A DNA stretch of 64,000 nt from Paraspadella gotoi (Eukaryota > Animalia > Chaetognatha): assembly GCA_051294375.1 (NCBI GenBank), contig CM119265.1, positions 17,387,172 through 17,451,171 on the forward strand, written 5' to 3'. Shown here in pieces: positions 36,523-45,712 of this stretch. Each line of letters opens with the position of its first letter. Positions within the stretch are counted from its first letter, which is position 1. The notes beneath the pieces were generated by a model. That model saw nothing but the letters and a program-made list of their open reading frames with translations. It had not been told where the DNA came from and made no database searches. The position numbers were made by a program, and so were the translations under genes.

Positions 36523-37371
36523 ATGATGGCTCCACAGAACGACCGGGCTTTTCCGGTCGGCCTCCGTCCCCGCGAATCGGACGGAGCTCACCGCGACGCT
36601 CCTCCCGACCAACCCGTCCGACCTCTCGTCCTTCCCCGCGAAATTTCCTCCAAGCTCCGCCAATTCGGGATCGACCTCGTTCGTCATATCGTCGTCGCCT
36701 CGATAGTCGACCTTCCGCCCGATGATCCGAACGAACCGGACGGTCAGCGGCATCTCCCACCCCCTTTTCCCCCCTCCAATGGTTGCGGGTTGTCGATCAT
36801 CAACCTGCTGACGACGGATCGCGCCACGCTGACCATGCGACGCCTCGTGACTAAGGCCTTACTCGATAAGGCACCCACGTTGGCCGCTACGGTCCGTTCC
36901 CTACAACGAATTCCCGAAGACGTCGTTGAGTTCAGAAACGTTTTTGACGCGGTCGTCGAACAGATGGTCAATCCTGCAGAACCAGTGGTCCCGGATGACG
37001 AACCCGGAGACCGGGAGCCCACGGCGCCGACGCCGGCCCGGGGTTCATGGGGGAAGCTGGTGACCGCTTTCGCTTTCGGCGTCCGACTCATCAAGGGGTT
37101 CGTTGATCAGAGACATCACGAGGGGCGAGCCATCGAACTGGACGTCGACGAATGGGGTGCGGCCATGGGGGACGTCCTCGCCGAGAGGATGGGTCCCTGG
37201 ATCTGGGCTCAGGGAGGGTGGAACGTCGGCTTCAACGACTTCTTTGTCGACGCCCGCGGACTCGAAGAAACGATCACGAAGAACCTTTTTCTTGTCTTTG
37301 TCCTGGGAATAGGAGTCGTCGTCGCTTATAAATCACGGGCATTCGGTTTGGGCTATTTCTTTTCTAAATAG
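36523..37371 (+). CDS. Bcl-2 family protein (Mcl-1-like architecture), intronless CDS
   Basis: BH1-like SWGKLVTAFAFG, BH2 WIWAQGGW..F..FF, C-terminal hydrophobic anchor and a Pro/acidic N-terminal extension. Confidence 0.85.
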   Translation: MMAPQNDRAFPVGLRPRESDGAHRDAPPDQPVRPLVLPREISSKLRQFGIDLVRHIVVASIVDLPPDDPNEPDGQRHLPPPFPPSNGCGLSIINLLTTDRATLTMRRLVTKALLDKAPTLAATVRSLQRIPEDVVEFRNVFDAVVEQMVNPAEPVVPDDEPGDREPTAPTPARGSWGKLVTAFAFGVRLIKGFVDQRHHEGRAIELDVDEWGAAMGDVLAERMGPWIWAQGGWNVGFNDFFVDARGLEETITKNLFLVFVLGIGVVVAYKSRAFGLGYFFSK

Positions 37372-37745
37372 GCGCGAGACAAAGAGACAAACCCTATTGC
37401 TCTCTGACTCTTTACTATTTTTTTTTTATTGCTAATACTCAGTGCACTCTATTTTTCAACTTGGCCTTTTGTTTTTTTGTTTTTTTTATTTTCCTGCCGA
37501 AAAATTTCCTCTTTTCATGTTTTTGTTATTAATGTGTAAGAGCCAATCTTTCTTGCAAATGCTGGCTCTTTGAGTGCTATTATGTTTTACAAATTATGTA
37601 TTTGTATGTCGTTCACCATAATCAATTGTTGTGCCTCGCCGTTGGCACGTTTATAAATTCTGGTGACATATTTAATACTATTATTGTCATTTGTCATAAT
37701 TTTATAGCCGAAGAGGAGGCCGGTCGGCTGAAACGGTCATAAGCG

Positions 37746-38723
37746 ATGTCTTTGTCCTTGGCATCGGAACTGTCTTCTACCTGCGCAACCATCTCGTACG
37801 GAGTTTCCCCCGAATCGGATCAGGCGGTCGCTACCAAGTCTTCGATTGCTAAACAACGTTGGAAAATTCTGTGCAACGCTGTTACCAGGACGGGCCAAGA
37901 AAACTATATTGACCGGGAAATATCAGTTCGTCGTTTTTCCTCTTTCCATCTTTTTCAAGTCCTTCGAATTCCTAGCCCACATGTTTCGAAGACTCCGGAA
38001 AATAACGAACGGTCGGAGGCGTGGTTCGAATATCTCGCGGAAGATCTCGATGTCTCCGTCAAAGTTTGCCTTCGGTCTGACGAAGTTAGAGTGCGAGAAC
38101 TCCTCGATTTCGACAACACGGGAAACGTTTGCCTGTGGCCTTCCGAAGAAGTTCTTGCCTTCTACTTGGTCCGACGGCCGGAACTCTGCCGAGGAAAGAC
38201 GGTCGGCGAATTAGGCGGGGGCATGACATGTTTGGCCGGTCTTTTCGCCGCTCATCTCGGGGCTCGCCGGGTTGTTCTCAGCGACGGTAACGTCAAAGCG
38301 GTCGCCAATGTTCGTAAAATCATCGAAGCTAATAATACAAGCGAAGACAGAGAATTTTTATTAAAAAATGTCAATGCTCGCGTTCTACGCTGGGACGCTG
38401 TCTCAGAGATGACATCGGATCTCAGGGGCGGTCTTGACCTCATCATCTCCGCCGATTGTCTCTTTTTCGACGATTTTCGCCAGTCATTGGTTGATACCAT
38501 CGATTTTTTGTTGGCCCCGGGAGGAAAATCTCTCATTTTCGCACCGCGACGAAAACGCACCATGGAAGATTTTTGTGCACTGGCAGAAGCTCGAGGGTTT
38601 CTTGTTAAGATTTCAGAACATTACGACCACGTCATCGGGGTCAAACTGCAAGCGGCTCTCCGTTCAAAGTGTTTCGACAAAGACATTCACTATCCATTGA
38701 TGGTTGAGTTAACGAGACATTAG
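37746..38723 (+). CDS. CAMKMT: Calmodulin-lysine N-methyltransferase, intronless CDS
   Basis: AKQRWKIL, SVRRFSSFHLF, FDNTGNVCLWPSEEVLA, ELGGGMTCLAG, DGN, ADCLFF and FDKDIHYP. Confidence 0.95.
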   Translation: MSLSLASELSSTCATISYGVSPESDQAVATKSSIAKQRWKILCNAVTRTGQENYIDREISVRRFSSFHLFQVLRIPSPHVSKTPENNERSEAWFEYLAEDLDVSVKVCLRSDEVRVRELLDFDNTGNVCLWPSEEVLAFYLVRRPELCRGKTVGELGGGMTCLAGLFAAHLGARRVVLSDGNVKAVANVRKIIEANNTSEDREFLLKNVNARVLRWDAVSEMTSDLRGGLDLIISADCLFFDDFRQSLVDTIDFLLAPGGKSLIFAPRRKRTMEDFCALAEARGFLVKISEHYDHVIGVKLQAALRSKCFDKDIHYPLMVELTRH

Positions 38724-39386
38724 CTTTAAATAAGTAGTCTGGTGAGCATGAAAACGGAACGCTCCATTATGAAGTGTTTTTTTTTTTAATATGAAAATGC
38801 AAGTGAACCAACTTATTACCTAGTCTGTAACTACTTAAGAAAGTACAAACAGAAATGTAGATAAACCTTCAGTTTCGGCTAAAAAAATTTTTCTGAGCCG
38901 TTCCGAAATCATACCCATGTCACAGTATTTTTTTCACTTGTCTGGCATAAAATTCTATGGATATTTAGTTATTTACCAAAGATAATATTTATTTATATTC
39001 AGTAATGCAGTACGGAGTCACATTAGCAAAGGTAACTATTTAATCATCCTCAGGAATTTTTTATTGATTGCCAATCATTTTTTTAACTGCATATTGTATT
39101 GCAAAGAGGAGAATAATTGAGATTACCAGTAAATTGCACATTGTGATCCCTTTTTAAATTTTGAAATTAGGTATTTATATTATTTATTTTGATTTGGTCC
39201 TTTCATTATAGGTTTTTGTGCCCGTAAAAGGAGTGTCAAGGTGCCACCCCTGAATAATTATCAAATTTTATTAGAAAAGATTTTTAATAGAAACTCATTA
39301 CCATAACCCGCCTAACTCGGAATTGTCAACCTTTTTAAAATATATTCGTTCTTCAACATTTGTCTTCTATCACCGTTGCTCTTACC

Positions 39387-40957
39387 ATGCCTCTCTCTGT
39401 GGATCCGTTTAGCCATCAGTCTTGGGACTATTCCAACTATTCTAACTCACATTCACCCATCTTCGGACTGGGTGCTCCACCTTCTCTTTTAAAGGTATAT
39501 CAGGACTAGATCAGGACTAATCTGAGCCACGTTGATTTTCAAGTTCATTTTCTCAATGTTTTCGTCTTCAGAGTCTTGATAATTTGAACGACTCCTTTTC
39601 GTCCTCCGTGGTTGAAAAGGGAGAAAAGACGAACCCTTCGAGGTACAAAACCGAACTGTGCCGACCGTTTGAAGAAAACGGAACTTGTAAATACGGAGAC
39701 AAATGTCAATTCGCACACGGTAACGATTTTCCGGCATGATTTTCCGACGAGTAATCTTTTTAACGTTTATTGATTTTCATCTCTATAAGTTAGTGTGTTG
39801 CTTGTCACCTTTTCATTATTTTAGGTCGCTCAGAACTTCGGAGTCTCAATCGTCATCCGAAGTACAAGACGGAATTGTGCCGCACTTTTCACACGACAGG
39901 AATATGTCCCTATGGACCTCGTTGTCACTTTTTGCATGCGGAGGCGTTTGAAATAGAAGAGGCGTCTTCTAATCATGCCTCGTCCAAGTCAGCCAGACTT
40001 CCTGGGGAAACTTTTCCGCGTCTGGCGAGGCCATCCAATCTTAATCTGAGTCTTTCCTTTAACGAGCCCGAAATGAAACACAACCAGTTCGGCAGCAGTC
40101 CAGTTAATAGGACGTTTTCCACTGGAATGGGGGCTTCCCCGTCTCCACTAAGCCCCGCCTCACTTTCTTCCGTCTCTACTCTCTCGTCCATGTCTTCCTC
40201 CTCCTATTACATCGATGGGTCTGAAACCGAGACCCATGCCACAGTCGATGCCCCAACGGCCGCTTTCGTGGCCTCTGCCGCGACTTACACGTCGTCCCCG
40301 ACGCCATTCGAATTTCTTTCGGAAGGGAACTCGACTACGCCTTACGGTTTATCATCCTCTCGTGCGGACCGATTTAAAGAGCCGCTAATAAAGCCCGTCT
40401 CTCTCCTCGAGGGGCGTCGCGCGAACCACAAACCTGCTTCAGGCTTACCTTTAGCGCGTTTTCCATTCGCAGATGTCGAAAGTTCTCACGCCAATATTGA
40501 TCAACTCAGCAAGATGATCGTTAATGAATTATTGGATCGTCTTGGAAAGATGACCAGGGTTCAGCCCGACGACGTATCGCCGCTTCAGCAACAACAGGCG
40601 TTGATCGGTCATATTCAAGCGTTGCTTGCTGGTGGTCCTATTTCGGGTGGATTTGGACCGGAAGGCCGCCGCGATTCCGGTCAGATCACATCAAAGCTCG
40701 TTGCCTCGGTCGGGCAGTATGGGGAGGCGCATGACCAAACCAAAGTCACCTCTCTGGTTCACGCTGACCACAAGTACGGGCCAATAGGCGGCAAGAAGCG
40801 TATCGCGACATTGCCTTATCTCCGTAGCGGCGAATTATCGGTGGCCGTATCATCAGCATCCCCGTTACTCTCACCAAATCAGGGCATTATTTTGGAGTCT
40901 GATGAATCCCAAGCTACCCAGCTGCGTCTTCCTATTTTCTCGCAGCTAACCAAATGA
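39387..40957 (+). CDS. ZFP36: Tandem CCCH zinc-finger mRNA decay factor Tis11/ZFP36 (3 exons)
   Basis: [27 protein letters not shown]|...[28 protein letters not shown] and the C-terminal NOT1-binding motif RLPIFSQL. Start codon inferred. Confidence 0.93.
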
Positions 40958-41289
40958 CGGCTTCACTTACTATTTTTCTTATTATTATTCTTTTTCTTTC
41001 TGGGAAACAGCTTCTCGCTACTAATCGCATTCCATTATTCAAATTTATTCTTGTTCTTTTTTATCTATGTAGAATCAATCTTCGTTTGAGCGTTTTTTCT
41101 TCGCTTCTTTTTTTGTACTTTTATAAATTTTCATCTTTTTATACATTCCATTATACATCATCACTGCCAAAAACTTTCATTGTTGATTGTCGACAAACGT
41201 TTAAACCAAACGATTTTTGTCAATTTTCAAAGTTGACTTCGTAAACACCAGGAGAATAATATGGCGTCTGACCCATTTTGGTGACTAAC

Positions 41290-41625
41290 TCATTTGATGT
41301 TTTGCATGTTTTATTTATTTTATCGAAACATAGTTGACAATTTACAGTAGTAAAGCGTCTTATTTGTTATTGATCAAGAGTATTAGGTACAAAAATAAAC
41401 ATAGATGTTCTCTTGGTAAAATTATTGCTTAATTTAAGTAATTTTTTGTATTATTTATGTATTTAAGACGATTCAAATCTTACGTTTAAATAAATTATTT
41501 TTATCTAGACCATTCCGCCGCATATCAATAATACGAAAATATTTTTGTCTTCAATGAATTGTGTAGAATATTGTAGGTGAGTTTATTTATAACGAAATAA
41601 AAGTTGCGTATTTATTTAATTTCAC
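41290..41625 (+). promoter_or_regulatory. AU-rich elements in the putative ZFP36 3'UTR
   Basis: Several TTATTTAT/TATTTATTTA motifs (~41310, ~41452, ~41583, ~41610) and an AATAAA at ~41597. The AT-rich background weakens the call. Confidence 0.4.
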
Positions 41626-42847
41626 TAGAAATGATGGTATAAAGCGGAGTGTGAGTGTGTATAATGCAATTCATTCTTATAAAATTTCTCCAATGCGTTT
41701 ATTAAAAAACCGTCTTTAATTTGGAATGAATAGCATTTTTATTTTGACCCTATTTAGCTAATAGCATTGTTGAGACCTTTAATTACCAGATTCGGTATAA
41801 GGTTACTAATGATATAATTTATTCTTCAGGTTTAGAAGAACAACTTCTATTCCTAGTGCTTTCATAATTTTATAAAACTAAGCCGACACTGTGTTATAGA
41901 GTGTGGATCAACCCTCTTTGTAACCTTTGCACCACGTTGAATTTTTTTATTTGATCGGAATTGGAATACCTTTTTGCCTTTTTGTACTTTTTTAACTGAT
42001 GCAGCCGCTGATTAAACGCAGTCAAGATGTGACCTTTTTGTTATTTTTTTTTCCTATTAATCCTACTGCTACAATAATATAATGTGATACGAACACCTGT
42101 TATCGCATTGAAGCTATACGTAATTGAGATTATTAATAATTTAATCCTACCATGTCAGAAGGAATGTTACCTCAAGACAAATGTGCCTAATTTTGTATTC
42201 CTATTTTTAGTTGATGCTCGCCTCATTAATATTTAAATATGGGGGTGAAAGGTGTGGGTGCAACGTCAATGACCCGCAATGAAATAAGAAAACTAATCAA
42301 ACAAAAGATGAAAGATGAATGTGAACACATTTACGAAAATGATGGAATTATGAGGTAAAAAAGAATTTCGTTGCTGGGCTCGAACGTTGGATAAAATTGG
42401 GCATTAGACAAAACACGGGGAAAACTCGTCAAAACTGGACAAATTAGCTAGGATTAAAATTTGTTGTTAATTCAATGTTTTAGAAACTTATTTATGTATT
42501 AATGAAAAGCATCAAAATATTACCTTAAGAAAAAAATTAAATAAAAAATTTAAAATAAATGAAGACTTTCCCCATATACCTTCAGCAATGCATTCCAAAG
42601 TTTTTAAAAAAAATTTATCCAACAAAGTTAGCGTAATTAGACAATGTTTTTGCGCTAGTTTTTAACGAAGTTTTATATTAAAAGCGTTTAATGCTAGCAA
42701 AAAATCTGCAGCCATTTTATAGGGTTATTTTGTGATTAGTTTTATAGCGCGTTTATAAAAGCTATTTTCGAGAATTGAGCATATTAAACTTTGATTTTTC
42801 ATTTTAGGTTCCGTATACCTTATTCAGCCAAGGCAACTTCTTATCCA

Positions 42848-43442
42848 ATGAAAACCTTTCACCCTGAGATGGAGATGGAAGGGTTTAACCACAAATATCA
42901 CGGAAACATCGTAGTTCCCGACTACAGGATTTACGACGTCAAGAAAGTGGCCATTTACAGCTCAGATTTGCGTAAATACATGGCCAAGTTGGACAAAGAG
43001 GAACTCCATGATCCCTGGCTACGTAATCATATTTGGGAGTAAGTTTTTTTTGTTTTTCTTAATTAACTGACAAATGTTTTAATTGTTTTTATTTTTGTGT
43101 GGCAGTCAAGATCCTTACAGTGGCTACGAAACTACTGGATGGGGCTACTTCTTCGTCTTGACCCGCGGAATGGGCCTTGGTCTAGCCTTAGCGGTACTGC
43201 ATATTTGCCTAAAGCACTTTTACGAAGGTTATTATCCGCCTCACGAGTACTGCACGGACAAGTGGTGGGAAGCGCGCGAAACTCCAAAGCCGAACAATAT
43301 TTATAACCGATTTCAACCAGAAGGCGTTATCATGGGGCTGCCGTTTTCGAAAAACCCCGAGTTGAAACGTTATATCGGGGAAGATGTTGGCGTTGATCTC
43401 CCGCCTCCTAAGGATTACTCCTTTAGAGAGAAGAAATGTTGA
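42848..43442 (+). CDS. NDUFB3: Complex I subunit NDUFB3 (B12)-like with C-terminal extension (intron ~43039-43105)
   Basis: VPDYRIY...KL..EELHDPWLRNHIW followed by a TM segment (RGMGLGLALAVL). Start uncertain. Confidence 0.7.
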
Positions 43443-43689
43443 GAAGAACTTCGCCCTGCCCATTTATGTTTTCGAACCCTAGTCGTTTCAGGCATTTTCT
43501 CAATTTCGTGACGGAGACTTGTTAAATTTTGACTTGTCTAAAAAGGAAACGTGTCAAAATGTTTTTCACGTTTTTTTTAAATGTGAAAAAGCTCGAAAAA
43601 TATATATACTAAATTAAATACAGGACTTTTAAAATGATTTCTTCTGTTTATACAGATTGAATTGTAATTTGATCAGCGAAAGTTAAATT

Positions 43690-44090
43690 ATGGGTGCCGT
43701 AGCTTCCCTAGGAAAGTACCCAAAGGAGTACAACCCAAAGGTTCACGGGCCTTTTGTTCCATGGAGAAATTACGGGCCGATCGACACGCCGTTTAGCCAA
43801 GTAAGACCGACCGCGTCCCGGACCAGTTGTGATGACAGTCTGACGAACACCTTTTTTTTATGTAGGTACGCATCATCGACCTTCCAGGCTGGTTGGCTCG
43901 CCGCGATCAGTCCCTTTCGGGCATTTTACGCGGTTGCTCTCGCATGGCACACAGATGGCACTACAAATACACAATGCCGGTTAACGGAAGCTTTGCTTAC
44001 GTTTGGCACATCATTATCCCTCTATCCCTCATAACGCTCTACGCTAGCTATGAGCGATACGAGGCTGTTCGGCAGAAGAAATACCACTAA
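43690..44090 (+). CDS. ATP5MF: ATP synthase subunit f (intron 43801-43865)
   Basis: GKYPKEYNPKVHGPF.PWR.YG..DTPFSQ|V....LPGWLARRD.S...RWHYKY...KYH*, the invertebrate-type subunit f pattern. Confidence 0.93.
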
Positions 44091-44280
44091 GAGGAAACTT
44101 TTTAATGAGGGAGGGGAAAACTGGATGACACGACTGTTGATGATCAGGTTGTTAGTATTTGTCGACTCGAGTGTATGATTTGGGCTACTCGAGCAGAAAT
44201 AAAAAAACGTTTTTTTTTTTAATGTCCGCGAATTACCCTTTTTCTTTGGTTTAATTTGAACGCAGATTTAAAAATTCTTC

Positions 44281-45227
44281 ATGCCTCTCGACTGGAAGGA
44301 GGAACCTTTTAACTTTTCTTGGGCTATTCCTGGTCTCTTGGCCGGTTGTGGCTTTCCAAGCGAGCGGCATCTCCGTTGGCTTCAGGAAGAAGGCGTCGAC
44401 CATCTGGTCACACTCAACGCCGAACGCGCTCCTCCGGTCGCGGCTTTTCGTGAGCATGAGTCAAACGAGTCGTGTTTGGAATGGACGCGCATCTCCATCG
44501 TTGACTTCTCTCCTCCGACCGTCGATCAAATAGAGACAGTTATGGATATAATCGAAAAATCCCGTTTGACGAATAAAAAAGTTTGCATTCATTGCACCAT
44601 GGGACGGGGCAGAACGGGCAGCATGATTGCTTGTTGGCTTATCAAGAGTCAGGGAATGGACGGTCAAACAGCAATTAGGTACGAACGGTTGTAAATAAAA
44701 TAAAAAATAACATCATCATGGTTTAGTTACGGATTAGCTTAGCCAGAACTATCGTCTACTTATGGTCGTTTTATGCTCTTGTATTATCATTCGGACATAA
44801 TTTCGAAAAAGAACAAGAATGGTAATTCAAATGTGTTGCGCCGCAGTAACTTTATTTTAACGTGTATTTCCCTTTGATCATATGACATGATTAAAAACCT
44901 TTTTTTGCCCGTATATTTATGACATGCATTGCATCAAAATTCCGTCTTTTATTCCTTATAGTTTTAATAATTCCTTAACAAATAAGCAACCAACTCTAAA
45001 CAAATTATATTTATTTTTAATATAAGTGGGACAGACTTACCGACAGACCGACCGAAAAATGACTTATAGAGTTGCTCCCCAGTACTCGCTGCGCTACTAA
45101 TAAGCGATAATTTACTAACTTTTTTGCTTTCCTGCTTCACAGAGAAACGCGGAAATTACGGCCTGGTTCTATTGAGACTAAAGGACAAGAGGAAGCAATT
45201 ATAAACTATGCTCTGTCAATTCGATGA
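44281..45227 (+). CDS. DUSP23: Dual-specificity phosphatase 23 (exon 2 45143-45227)
   Basis: PFNFSW...LAG, DFSPPT, catalytic HCTMGRGRTG; exon 2 encodes RKLRPGSIETKGQEEAI. Confidence 0.93.
45022..45102 (-). mobile_element. Short HINE-like repeat (second copy ~46062-46148)
   Basis: ataagtggg..cagact...accgaccga...gctcc..agtactcgc.gcg.actaataa occurs twice. Confidence 0.55.
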
Positions 45228-45607
45228 TTCGTATTATTGTATCAGTTACGATAGTTCATTTTACTTTAATTCTAATGAAAATTATTTCTGAAGTAAATCA
45301 TGACGTTTCCAGTTTCGTTATAGGGTATCTCGATGGTTAATACTTTTTATGCCGAGCTGATGCTGTTTCTCGTTGAATGCTTTATATTAGCATTAGCTAT
45401 TTTAGTTGGCTTTAACAAAGTTTTTCGAATTTTTTTTACAACGAAAAACTTTGCTAATCTCTTACAACAACGAAAGAAATGATTATACCATAAAGTTGGC
45501 TTTAAAAAAATTACGGAGATTTTATCTCATAATGCAAATGAAATAAGTTTAATGTTAATCACCAGTGCGCTAGATGGGCTGAAGACTGCTTTGAGTCCTG
45601 GGCTTGG

Positions 45608-45712
45608 GAGGTCGCTACGCCCTCAGAAAAATTTACGGCCGTCCTCACGCTTCCCTTTGGGTAAATCCGATACCTAAAACGTAGTTATGTTGACTTTACT
45701 CAATGAGCCACC
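45608..45712 (-). ncRNA. Candidate spliced-leader RNA / Sm-class small RNA (speculative)
   Basis: Minus strand has a 39-nt segment ending AG|GTATC (donor-like), a short hairpin, an Sm-like AAATTTTTCTG and a 3' hairpin GAGGGCG-TAG-CGACCTC; total about 105 nt. Confidence 0.3.

Noticed and set aside
578-44667. Numerous short antisense or alternative-frame ORFs over the + strand genes
   Set aside because: Shadows of GC-richer coding exons with no recognisable motifs.
45625-45705. U12 or U7 snRNA
   Set aside because: Lacks the U12 branch-pairing GUAAGGA and 5' UGCCUUAA, and the Sm-like site differs from the U7 AAUUUGUCUAG. Kept only as an SL-like candidate.
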